A stretch of 64,000 nt of DNA, from positions 80,330,791 through 80,394,790 of the forward strand of contig NC_068990.1 of NCBI RefSeq assembly GCF_001194135.2, given 5' to 3'. Made by a program: the position numbers and the translations under genes. The notes below the pieces were generated by a model. That model searched no databases. It was given only the letters and a program-made list of their open reading frames with translations, and was not told the DNA's origin. Below are positions 12,900 to 25,495 of this stretch, one piece after another (position 1 is the first letter of the stretch; the number at the start of each line of letters is the position of its first letter). Source of the stretch: Octopus bimaculoides (Eukaryota).

Positions 12900-15260
12900 A
12901 CTCCCATTCAGGTACCCTATCTTTTATCCTAATTTTGGGCCTAATCTCTCAGTTATATCACTGCATCCAATCTTTTCTTCCAAGAACGTCAGTCTTCCGG
13001 AATTCGCTTTTCTCGTGTAGGTGATGTTTTACGAAGTTTCGAGATGATATCAAATGTATGACTCCAAAGCTATCTTTATATGCTGTGTTAATCTGTTTAT
13101 CTTTAGGGTCAGTTATGTAATTTTCGGTACACTATTTAATGATTTTTGAAACAACTGTTGCTTCTGTCATCGGTTTTCAAATTCTGTTTATCGCCATTTT
13201 CAGAACTGTATAACTGAATATAAATTTCGTTGAGATACATTATCGTCTGCTAGAAATATATTACTACAAGAAAGCACTCTTTCGCTCGAGCTCCTTATCA
13301 GCAATGTCATTCAGAATTAGGCAGACCGTATGTATGTGTGTGTGTGTGTGTGCGTGTGTGTGTGTGTATGTGTGTGTGTGTGTGTATGTGTGTGTTTGTG
13401 TGTGTGTGTGTGTGATTGACATACCACAAAATATGGTCACTTTGTCATTGTCTGATATTTTCTGGGGAGTGTTTTATGCAACTTCGTCTCCTTTGATATT
13501 TCATATTACTGGTATAACATGAAGTGTATGAAAAAAAATCAACTAGGAGAAGTCTGTGGAAACGTATTCGATCTGGACTACAAACGGTAATACCTGAAAC
13601 AATGTGAATAATTGTTTCTTACCGCTTTCTATATATTGATCATTTCGCTTTTATTCCAGAGTTTTGATACGTTTTGAAGGTAAGATTTCGATCCTGCTCT
13701 GTAATTAAGAATACTTCTGTTCTACTTTTGTGACCCGCATTTCTCAGCTAATATTATGCCTTTCCATCTTTTTCCATATTTTAGTGTTGTTCAGCTTAGT
13801 CATTTATTGGCTATGTACAGGCATTTTTATCACCACCGGTTAAGCATGGCATTCTGCAACCGTTCTTTGGCTTGGTGTTTACGTATTACACAATTTCTGC
13901 TCTTTCTTCTCCTCTTTTATCCTAACTGTTCGAGTTTTCAGCATCTGTTTTGCATTTCTCGGGTACTTTGAAAACAGAAAAATATTTTAGTTTACATGTG
14001 TTTTGTAGCTATTTGTAATAATTTCCAATTTTTCTTTACTAGTAGATCTCTTATAATAGTATTCTGGTTACAAAAATCCATATGTTCTTGTATTCATGTC
14101 ATTTAGGAACTGTTTAGAATATTTTAAGTAATATTTTTTACTAGAACAGCTAGACCAGTGATGAGTATTTCTGTTTTCTTTTAGTATTTATATCTGCTTT
14201 CAAGCATTATTCTAATATATCTTTCTCTTTCTAATTTTTTCTTTCATGTGTACTTCATGTATTCTGTCTAGTGAAATGCACAACATATTTAGAAATTTGA
14301 GTTTCATCTAGTTCTCTTATCTCTTTATTCAACAAGGTATTTGTGTTCTAATTTCGTTCTCTGCGAGTCTTCAATTGCTCAGTTTTCAAGCCTGGATATT
14401 ATATAACTTTCTTTGGCGAATCTATAGTACCGTTTGTATTTGTTTATCATCTGTAGCAAACAGCATCAGGGTGTCCAAAGAGAAACAAAATGTTGATTGC
14501 CTTCCCAGAGCATGTGTATCCGAATTCAATCTTGTTTAACATGCTGTTAAATGTGTGAGGCTCAGACAAAATAATCTGAAAAGATTAAGTCTCATTGAAG
14601 TAATTTTCTCCAGTAGAAATATTGTTAGATTTTATAATCCTCTTTGTCTCATTCCACAGACTTATTATCGATTACTTCTTCATTCTAAGTTCAACATGTA
14701 GAGTACAGTGCTCAAAATCCTTCTGGTAATCAACAGATGTAATGTTCATAGACTTCTCTCACCAACTGCAGTCTCTCAGATAATAGCTTTGTTGATTAGT
14801 AATGGATCATTACAATCTTAAGACTGTCTAGTATTACATCTTACTTTCTGGAAGTGATTCTACTCTTATCCACCATAATTCTGTGGGATATTGCGACCAC
14901 TGTTTTATAAATTGAAGGAAAGTAGGTTATACGTCTGTAATTGTGTTAATCTTTGACCTTTCGTTAGTTGGTGTCTGCCTTGTGATATCTTCGCCCCTTC
15001 AATATCTTAAATTTCCATGCAAACCACTGGTGTGTCCAAATAAGAAAATATATATTAATAAGATCGGGATGCTATAAATGATTCCTGCCTTCCTGGTTCT
15101 TCTGTAGTATTTTTGAGATTTGTATTCATAACATCACCCGCAATTATCTAGATGCTTGAATTATTTGCTTTAAAGAAACTCATATGTGGTGATTCTTGGT
15201 TTCTTCCTTACCCATCTGCACAAATTTGTAATTTAGTTTTACTTGTACATAATAAAATCA
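12900..15260 (-). mobile_element. R4/Dong-clade non-LTR retrotransposon relic (RT plus restriction-like endonuclease)
   Basis: Minus strand has degenerate NYRxITxxPxIYKT (~14920), CxDxLLINKAI...DYQKxF (~14730-14830), an INxLxxxxxxMLFA YMDD-region remnant (~14460-14500), and KVTIxxxMSI-HT, DI and CFL RLE motifs (13200-13450). Confidence 0.85.
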
Positions 15261-16159
15261 TCTTAATTTAAAATAAAACTACTTATATTCTGCAAAGAAT
15301 CATTGTCCTCTGCCTCGTCGTACAACTTGCTGTTTAACAAACGAATTCCAGTCTACGGCATAGTTAAGAGCTCAAGATGAGACGATGCAGAGCGGCCAGA
15401 TGAGTTTCATTGCTTGTAGTGCAGAGCAATCTACTTAAACTGGAAAGAATCCATTGTAATTATAGAAGACAAAGCATAGAGTAGGCATAAGTAATTCACA
15501 GACAAGTAGAGATGTAATGAATTGTTGAGTGGTACTTTCTTGAAACATAGATAAAATCTAAAATATTGTTATCTTGTGAGACTGAAATTAGAACAGCAAC
15601 GTACTAAACTATACATATGAAATTACAAATTCTGATTCCTGTTGGCAAACGTTTTGTATATGTAATAACGAATTCATAATCAGATATGTGCGTCTTGCTT
15701 AAAACAAAAATTACAATGAATGAAGTATAATGTGAACACACCACCCGTAGTACTGTGGTTACTTCAAACGTTACCACTTCCTGGTATATAAATAGTGAAT
15801 ATTGTCAGCATTTGTATATCATTACAACCATCAATCATTGCCAAACTGATGTCTTCTTTAATCTTCTTAAATTTAATATGACTGACATACCTTCTCTTCT
15901 GTTTCCCTACTAAAATAGACTACTCTCTCGCCAAGTCTTCACTGCCGGAAAGATTCCTATTTCAGATTAGGAGAAGTGGAAGCAAAGGAGTTACATATCA
16001 TGTTTTCATAAATTGATATTCACTGTGGGTCTGTGCGTGAATAAAGATGAAATATCTAGATTCCTAAATTTTAACTAGAACTAACACTCGCATAGACACA
16101 CGCATATGATAAAGTTGATAAAGACGCCGACGATGTTTTTCATGGTTGCAGCTGTGATT

Positions 16160-16318
16160 CTATATTTTTTTCGTCGTCGTCATCATCATCATCATTTATC
16201 ACCATGATGATGATGATGATGATGATGATCATCATCATCATCCTCGTCGTCGTCGTCGCCATCAGCGTCGTCATCGTCGTCATCGTCGTCGTCGTCGTCA
16301 TCATCATCATCATCACTG

Positions 16319-16351
<33 letters not shown>

Positions 16352-16400
16352 CCGTCACTATATCAAACCACCACCATCACGAGAAAACAACAACAACAAC
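16160..16400. repeat. Compound trinucleotide microsatellite (CGT/CAT/GAT/AAC)
   Basis: Directly visible. Confidence 0.95.
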
Positions 16401-17530
16401 AACAACAAAAACAAGCACAAAATCATTCTGTGTTACCGCAATTCAAAATATAAGCAGTACAATATTTATGTTTACAATTTTTTAATAATTGTCAATAATA
16501 TTCATATAATTTTGTCTTGAATATGTCTAGCCTTTCAAAATATATTATGTTATCATAATTATTGCTAGTAATGTGTTTGTTTCTGTTATTGATGTTGATA
16601 TTGTTTTATCGCAAGTCAATTCTTTTGGAATAGATCTCAGATCTCTTCGTCCCGTATTTGATAGCGAAGACTTCATTATCTAATATGACATATTTTCACA
16701 AGCAGTAAAGCGTATTCTGAAGAAAAGTTCACTGCTTTTTTTGAAACAGAGCATGCAATCACACAACAGAGACAGCAAGTTGACTCGTAATAATATTATT
16801 TGCATATAATTCTCATCACAATATTCAGCTACATGCATTTTACCTATTGATTTTAAATATATCCGAATCATCTTTGCTAATACCTTTCAGTTGTCTATAC
16901 GTTTGTTCAACTGAGTGCATTACATGTTTCAAGGTGTGTGTGGTCTTGTGTCAATGTGAGCTTCCATTAAAAAAGTTTCGCTCCTTCAGGAAATTACATT
17001 TCAATCCAGTTTAGATCATCAGGGAAGTAGTATAGCCTCATTAGCAAACTTAAGCTCCAACAAGACTGCAGTAGACGTTCTGTTCACACATCTTTATTCG
17101 CGAAGCTAAATCACGATATTATATATACTCATGAACACAAGCAGGCGCCCATGCAGACATCAGGCAGACAGGTAGCCAGCCAGCCGGATAAACAAACACT
17201 CACGCACACATACACACACGCACAAGATTTTAGAAAATAAGTGCTGGTCGCCAATGACATGAATTTAGATATTTGCATGGTGTACTCAAAGCCGGACACA
17301 AATCTTGGATTGCGAAAAAGATTTATCTGAGTGGGAGAATGCAAACGAAAACCAAAATGCAATTGTGAGTGATTATCAAGGAAATGGGGAGATGATTTCA
17401 AGAAATGTTATATTCTGTTAAGAATGTAGTATTGTACAGTATAGAACCACCTTCAGATTTCACCCTGTGCTATCCAATAGTGCTTCCAGGTTTGCGTTCG
17501 GGCATCTGTCGTGTATGGATAGACATTTTG

Positions 17531-17691
17531 TCCGTAAGTTCACATTCTCGGCTTAAGAACATCCTCTCTGTCCGTCGTGGCCAATGTTCCTTCAGCAACA
17601 ACACTCCGTAATAAACTCATTCACTATTACTAAATTGAGGACACGACAGACAGGGACGACGTTCTTGAAGCCGAGAATGTGAACTTACGGA
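17531..17691. repeat. Inverted repeat, ~50-bp arms, 62-nt spacer
   Basis: 17531-17579 versus the reverse complement of 17642-17691: the first 24 bp are perfect, with 4 mismatches and 1 indel overall. Confidence 0.92.
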
Positions 17692-17849
17692 GACAATATT
17701 TACATATCACATGAGGAGAAACAACTAGGTCTCATAATTCAGGGAAACAGTTGCATAATCAAGTACCTGCACGCCTGAAGAACCACGTTGCGGGGAAACA
17801 ACTGTAGTAATTAAAAAAGTAAATATCCATCCGTACTCATACTTATTTC

Positions 17850-17992
17850 TTAATTGCTCACAAGGGGATAAACATAGAGGGGACAAACATAGAGGGGACA
17901 AACAAGGACAGACAAAGGGATTAAATCAGAACGTAACGGCAGACTAAATACCGCTAAGCATTTTGCCCGGCGTGCTAGCGTTTCTGCCAGCT
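17850..17992 (-). mobile_element. Internally deleted SINE family A copy
   Basis: Head (CTAAGCATTTTGCCCGGCGTGCTAGCGTTTCTGCCAGCT) is joined directly to the tail (GAGGGGACAAACAAGGACAGACAAAGGGATTAA). The central domain is missing and a 15-bp unit is duplicated. Confidence 0.8.
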
Positions 17993-18254
17993 GTACTCAT
18001 TCTTGTTGACTAAGTCATATATGTGTTTGTGTGTGTGAGTGTGTGTGTATGTGTGTGTATGTGTGTATGTTTGTGTATGTGTGTATGTATGTGTGCGTGT
18101 ATGTGTGTGTGAGTGCGTATGTGACATCTTCAATATAGCATAGATTCAATTTTCAAAAGAAACATAGCTGACCGTTTATTACAATAAAGGCCGACCAGGC
18201 TTACCCTAGAATGTGAATTATCTGCAGAAACTAACTTTTAATATGTAGAACCGT

Positions 18255-18395
18255 TGGTTTCACCAAGGTCGACTTTATCTTTCATTCTTTCGTGGTCGAT
18301 CAAATAACTACCAGTTGAGCACTGGAGTCGATGTAATCGGCTTACCCGCTCCCTCGAAATTGCTAGCATTGTGCCAATATTTTAAACCATTGTGT
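18255..18395 (+). mobile_element. 5'-truncated SINE family A copy
   Basis: AAGGTCGACTTTATCTTTCATTCTTTCGTGGTCGAT...TACCAGTTGAGCACTGGAGTCGATGTAATCG. Confidence 0.8.
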
Positions 18396-19265
18396 CGAAA
18401 CGTTGCATGAATTTCTATAAATTTCGTCAACTGATGGGAAGAAAGAAACATTGAAATCTAAAGAGGAATGCTGATGTAAATGACTAAGCATCATTGTTTT
18501 AAATATGTATACCATGAACAAAAAATATGGAACTACTCTAGAATTTCAAAGATACTTAAGAGTCATAAAAAATTGACAACTTCCATGCATTGAGTATTCA
18601 AGATGTTTAAATTGTTTTGACACATTCGCTTCTTTTAACTTTGAAGCTGGCATGAGTGTCACAACACCCACTTGTAGTTAAAGAACCACTGCTTTCATGT
18701 GTAAGATATAAATATATATTTACTGAAGTGTATTGACAAAATGTCAACAAATTCTCAACATTGTATTATGCGTGTGGAAATTTAAATTCCTTCAGAAAGT
18801 TGATAATTGTCCAAGTTTTTCTTGCAATCGCCGTTTTCCGCTACAGGTCAGGCAACTGATGTTTTCCGACAATACCGTGTTTCATTTAAATAAGATTCTT
18901 ACAAAATATAAATAGCCGGAAGACAATAAGGTAAGAAAGGAAATATTCTTTGTACATTAATTATCTTCTGTTGAAACCTAGCACACCTGCTGTGTGTGCT
19001 CGTGATATAAAAGGTAACGAAATCAATCACAAACAATACATCTATTTTAAGCTTATTTAGGACTTTCAGCTAAAGGTCTGTGGTTCAAAACAGGGGATAT
19101 TCCAAGGGCAGATATCACGACCTATTTCACTTCATATATTCACTAGATATGAATATAAGCTCAAATCCGTTGCCTAGTTAATACAAAAGAACATATATAT
19201 GACAGATATATTCATATGTGTGTATGTGCGTACATGCATTGTGTGCGTGCGAGGTTGTGTGCATG

Positions 19266-19333
<68 letters not shown>

Positions 19334-20187
19334 AATCTATCAATTATTTTATCTGGAGGCTTAAGGAAACGAAAACAAAATACATTGCATTGTCCATACT
19401 TAGACATGCGAGTTCCTACAACGAGAGTCCCTGTCACTTATGCTCCGAGGAGTCACTCTCGACAATGTTAACAAAGGAGCGCATTATGAAAATTTCATTG
19501 AACAATTGCCCATATGCCTACACGCAGATAAATACACATTCACATAGTAAAATCTGGACCATTTGATGTATACATGGCGCCCACAACACTTAATACACCT
19601 GAACTTGAGGAACTATATTCGAATAACTTGTATTTGACATATGATCTTGCAATCTAGATCCACATATGTATATGTATATATGTACATATATACATGTATA
19701 TATATGTGTGTGTGTGTATGCGTGTATACTTATAGATATATGTGTCTTTACATATGTATATATGTATATATATATATATGTATATANNNNNNNNNNNNNN
19801 NNNNNNNNNNNNNNNNNNNNNNNNNNNNNNNNNNNNNNNNNNNNNNNNNNNNNNNNNNNNNNNNNNNNNNNNNNNNNNNNNNNNNNNNNNNNNNNNNNNN
19901 NNNNNNNNNNNNNNNNNNNNNNNNNNNNNNNNNNNNNNNNNNNNNNNNNNNNNNNNNNNNNNNNNNNNNNNNNNNNNNNNNNNNNNNNNNNNNNNNNNNN
20001 NNNNNNNNNNNNNNNNNNNNNNNNNNNNNNNNNNNNNNNNNNNNNNNNNNNNNNNNNNNNNNNNNNNNNNNNNNNNNNNNNNNNNNNNNNNNNNNNNNNN
20101 NNNNNNNNNNNNNNNNNNNNNNNNNNNNNNNNNNNNNNNNNNNNNNNNNNNNNNNNNNNNNNNNNNNNNNNNNNNNNNNNNNNNNNN

Positions 20188-20218
<31 letters not shown>

Positions 20219-21321
20219 GTCCGTACGTGTACTTATGTGTGTGTATCTAGTTGTATGTATATGCTCATATACTTAGATGTGCGTGTGTGAGCGCGTATAT
20301 ACATATCTCTTTGTATGTACATATGCGTCTAAGCACGAACACGTAAAAAATTTCCTCTAAGTATTATCTTTCTTTCAACTTCTGCCTCCTTTTTTTTCTC
20401 TTAACAGTTACAACAGCGAATGCTGATTACGTCATTTTTCTCTAAACGAGAATGTATTTTCCAGGTTCATATTTGAATTTTTTGCGTTTCAATAATTTCT
20501 CTCTGATTTTACTCATTCTTGAATTAGATCGACTCAAGAAATCTCTAGTGAGACTTTTTATTGATGTATCTGAAGAGACCCAGAACGAATCGAAACACGT
20601 GTTGTAGCCAATAAAGTTTATTACAAATTCCATCTCCTATTTTATTAATACTGTTATCCCAACCGCCATTATCACGTTCCTCCAATGAATCTACGGATTT
20701 ACAGGTAATCGAAACTGTGACGGTGCTTTATTCATCATCAATTTATACATGTCATACTATTTACCCATTATATATATACCTGTGTGAGTAAGTGTATATA
20801 TGTATGTATGTGCATGTGTGTGTATGTAAGATAGTTCCGAATTACTTTACTCAAAATCTCTTCTGCCCTCCAAATACGGAAATGCGTTGCTAGAATTAAT
20901 GAGCATGAATTGTATGGCTGCTGACCGGAGATATTTTCTGTTTGGTTCGTTGTTTCCATTAATGTCAATAAATTTCTCTAGGGTTAAATTTGCCAGCTAC
21001 CTGAAATATCCAGGTATTCGTATTCTTATCCCGAATAAATCAAACTCGTGAGTCCTTAGAATTCCTCCTCTAATGAATCAGATGTATAATAAAAAAACAA
21101 AAACAAAAAGCGATGATGCTTAAATCTCTGTCCAGTGCATGCTTGCTGCAGATAATAGGATACGGAGAGAAAATGTCACTTCTTTTCTATTTGACGACTT
21201 AAAATCTTATGCAAAGAAACAAAAATCTCACAAGTTTTATTATACTAAATAATTACACTATTACTCGGGAGTAATCCATAATACTCGTACAAAATATGTT
21301 TATTATTTCATATGATATAGT

Positions 21322-21460
21322 AGGTAGCTGGCAGAATATTAGCATATCGGGCAAAAAAAATTGTAGTATTTCTTTGGGCTCTATACTTTCTGATTTCATA
21401 TTCTGCTGAGGAAGATACTGCTTTCATCCATTCCGTGTCAATAGAATAAGTGCTAGGTTA
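21322..21460 (+). mobile_element. Decayed SINE family A copy
   Basis: TAGCTGGCAGAATATTAGCATATCGGGC head and CTTTCATCCATTCCGTGTCAAT core. Confidence 0.6.
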
Positions 21461-21599
21461 TCTTAGAATATCTGTCAACTTGTGAACTACCATTGTATAT
21501 TTAGACTTAATACCTAGGTGCAGAACAGACAGCGAGACTTATAAATGTTTCGTATATAATGATGAATAAACAGAATAGAAGAAATAAAATATGGTGAAA

Positions 21600-23060
21600 C
21601 AAAGCACAAATGGAAATTTTTGCGGTTATAGAAAGAAAATGTATCCATCCATTCGATGAAATCCTGAGCTGACAACTCACTTATCATGTTTAACGGATCA
21701 ATAGTTTTAAATTGCTCAAAATACCTTTGCAACGTTATCTCAGACAGGCAGCGGAAGTTTTCATGTTGCAAAGTTTTTCTTTGTTTTCATCACTATTTTT
21801 TTCTGTCTTAACCTGAGAATGTATAGCACATTATTTTCACTATTCTAACTTTCTTCCATTCTTTAATTCTAACATTTTCATTTCTTTTCCTCTGTTGATT
21901 CTTCTTCATATTTTCTTCTTAATTATATAACCTATCAAACATATTCAGTATATAATCAGATCAATACTATTTACATACAACCTGACAAGCAGGTATGAGG
22001 TTTCGAGCATGTTTATAATACTTGCTTTTACTTGATTTCTTATTCCCGACTTTGTAAATAAAACACACAGCAGTCAAGGAAATACAGTTACAAAACCGCA
22101 TATTATTAATTTCAAGGGATATCTTCGGTGGAGAATGACATTGAGTTGGAAAGAACGTAGAATACATACAGGACAAAGTTCCTTACTATATTATAGTACA
22201 ATGTATACGTATATATTTAAGTCAATCCTATATGATACTGAGCTAAAAAGTTTCCCAAAAAATTCCTGAGTTTTTTGCGCGTCCTTTCTAAGACTACTTT
22301 ACTATTATTACGGATAACAAATAAAGCGTCATCCCTGTACAAACCCCCTCGAAGATCAGAGAATATACACTTGAGACAGTGTAAGAGGTAGATACAAACA
22401 CGATCAATGACCTGGGCCTTGTCGTCATGTCTCATGGCAATATCAAAATTGCTTGGAGTGTCACGTCTCGTTCACAGTTTATCAATTTTATCTTTAGTTT
22501 ATAGAAGAAAAATTCCTAGCAAAACCTAAGGCTTTATGAAGAAATATAGGAGATATGCTAGAATGATACGCGTTAATATCGAATTGCAGAAAGGAGTATT
22601 TACATTTATTATCTACAGAGATAAACCAATATGTGACCTCACCTGTATTGGAACATAAAGTGTATAGTAGGAATTAGTTGAGGTATAATCCTATCAAGTA
22701 TAGATTTACTTAAATAAACCGATCTAGTAGGGCATATGAGTCGAACTGCTGGGCTATCAAAAAAGTTCTGTTTGTGGTCCTTTAAGTTTATTCTAGATTT
22801 GCAGGTCTTGATTGTTCAGTTCGGTCCAAGAGTTTTAGTTTATTCATGACTTTATATGTCTCGGAGTTGATTTTAGTGAGGTTGTCTTTACCAGCGGTCT
22901 TATAATTAGTATTTAGTGCTTCGAGTTTTAACATTATTCGGTACCTTCTATTAGTGGGCATCTGGAGTCTATTAAGTGCAGTATAATTTGTGTAGCGTAT
23001 GTTCTTAAATACAGCATTGAGACGCATCATCAATTGTGTGTAGTTAATCGTATATACAAT
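21600..23060 (-). mobile_element. Penelope-like retroelement (PLE) RT relic
   Basis: Minus strand: YKTAGKDNLTKINSE, LKDHKQNF..P.VRLI.P, FLQFDINAYHSSIS, NFDIAM...IYLL...GGLYRDDAL and an SPPKI remnant. The boundary below ~21960 is uncertain. Confidence 0.85.
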
Positions 23061-23457
23061 TGGAATAATAATCTGTCTGTACTATATATACCACTAATAA
23101 ATCTTAGGTCTATAGAAAGTGATTGATATATAATGTTTAATATGAAATGGGGCTGCCTAGATTGTTTACTTATTAAAGGTTTATGTTGTTTCTGATTTAA
23201 TATAAAACATCTCTTTTCTTATTCCATTGTTTGTCAAATAGTACCAGCACCAGAAGCTGGACCATCAGCAAGGTCGATGTGTGTAGCTTCACAGTTTTTA
23301 GTTTCGTTGTGCATGATTATTATTAACTTAACATGTTCTGATTGCTACGCAGAACACTTTTTTTATTCACGATATTTTTTGGTGTCCGTATTCAGCAGGT
23401 AATGTACGCCTAGAGTGAACGACAATTCTTAGATGTAATTAAGATATTACCATATTA

Positions 23458-23670
23458 AGGCGGTGTGCTGGGAGAATCGTTAGCACACACCGCGCGAGAT
23501 GCTTAGTGGCGTTTAGTCCGTCTTTACGGTCTGAGATCAAATTCCGCTGATAGCTACGTTACCTTTCGCACTCGGAGTCGATAAAATAACTTTTAGTTCA
23601 GAATTGGGGGTCGATGTTATCGACTTTCTCCTTCGTCCGAAATTGCTGGTCTTGTGCCAAAATTTGAAAC
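23458..23670 (+). mobile_element. SINE family A copy
   Basis: GGCGGTGTGCTGGGAGAATCGTTAGC head, TCAAATTCCGCTGA, GGAGTCGATAAAATAA core and CTTGTGCCAAAATTTGAAACC tail. Confidence 0.8.
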
Positions 23671-24200
23671 CAATATATTGCAATATCCACTATAGTATGA
23701 GCCAAGTTCCAGAAAGACAAGCGTCCTTTGTTTTAATCATGAATAGAAAAATGAAAAACAAAATTATGGTAGAAATGTTAATGCCGAAAACAGTTTTTTG
23801 CTGCATATAATCACGTGCCCTTATATTTTTACTGCAGATCTCACTTGAATAGGTTCACCTTCAAGACGGACATGAATTCTTTAACAAGTCAGCTTCTACG
23901 TGACATGTGGTTTTGAGTCTAGCTTTAGAATATTCTTGCAGCAGTTTTAAATTCTTTCCTCAAATACTTTCATTTCTATATTATTTTCCATACCAATTCT
24001 TTTTGCTGCGAATATTATGTAGATGTAAAATGGACATTTTTTTCAATTGTTAGTGAAAGAATCTATCGATAACAGGTAAATCCAATGACTGAAAAGCCTG
24101 TAAAATACTTTTTTTATTTTAATGTCTGCTTATAGGGTAAAATGGACAGGTTATTTCAATAGAGAACGAAATGTTATACTTCTATTATGCAAAATAATAG

Positions 24201-24244
<44 letters not shown>

Positions 24245-24559
24245 ATATATATATGCTATTACATTGTATAATAGAAGTCTAACACGAATCATGAATGAGC
24301 TATCGTATGTTGAATGGTCTTTCACACGTGCGCACACCTCCTCCAGCATCAAAATATCTTGGCAGATCTGTGTATACACTGTCACAAACATATGTGCAAA
24401 ACACACCCCACCAAAACATGTGAACAAAACTATGTGCAGAATTACCCCAAAACATAGGAATTATTATCAGAAAAATAAAAAGAAGAAACAAAAAAAAATA
24501 AGCAACTTGAATACCACCAACAGCTACACATATATTCGATGGCTTTCCCCCTGTTCCAA

Positions 24560-25495
24560 TCCAAAAAGTATAACCTGCAACAGTACATGAAGACCATCAT
24601 CAGTAACCAGAGAACAGCGGAGGAGAAATAGGCCATTGAGAAAATCAAACTCAACCGCAAGTGTTCTTCTCTTTTGCGAAAAAACACAAGGTCACTATCT
24701 CCACTGTTGGCTCTCATACTACTCTTCATGATAATACCTAAACCATGGGCGAGATATTTCAGAAACAATACTGCTCTTTTTTCAGCAATCCTGATATGGC
24801 CAATCTAGGCTGTATCAGTGATGTTAACACACTATATCGGACATAACGTTTTGCGTCCCCGATGCCATAGCGGTAATAAACCAAATTAAATACAATTCAG
24901 CTCTAGGCCCTATAGGTTCCCTTCTTGTGTCTTGAAGAGGTATCGGCAGCAACTTGAATCTCCTCTTCCTAATCCGTGGAGGAGCTCACTGAATGCTGGC
25001 TATATTCTTTCTCAGTCTGTTGTCCTAGTTTTGAATTACCGACCGATCTCACTCACCTCTCATATCATCAAAGTATTTGAGAGGGTGCCGAGATCACGAT
25101 AATCTACTTTCCTGAAAGTAACAGACTGTTGAATCCCAACCAACATCGGTTCCGTAATAGTAGGAACTGCCTAATACAGCTCCTGCATCACTTTGATGAC
25201 ATTTTGAGAGCTTTGGGAGAGGGCTCCAACACGGATGTCATCTAGCTTGATTTTAGCAAGGCCTTTGACAAAGCTGATCATAAGATCTTGAAAACAGTAT
25301 CCAACATCGGTGTCTCTAGAAAGTTACTACAATGGATCAAGTGTATTCTGACAGAGAGAACCCAAAACGTTGTAGTCGAAGGAGTAAAGTCAAGCGCAGC
25401 CAAAGTCGGTAGTGATGTTCCACAAAGCACTCTGTTGGGCCCACTTCTTTTCATCATCTACATCAATGACATTACTGACATCATCAAGCACAACA
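24560..25495 (+). mobile_element. CR1/L2-group LINE reverse transcriptase fragment
   Basis: NYRPISLTSHIIKVFERV, NQHxFRxxRNCLIQLL, LDFSKAFDK, VPQSTLLGPLLFIIYINDI. It is truncated before YADD and carries stops. Confidence 0.92.

Noticed and set aside
23230-23300. Hammerhead-like CTGATGG plus hairpin on the minus strand next to the PLE
   Set aside because: CUGANGA box is imperfect and no GAAA follows stem II.
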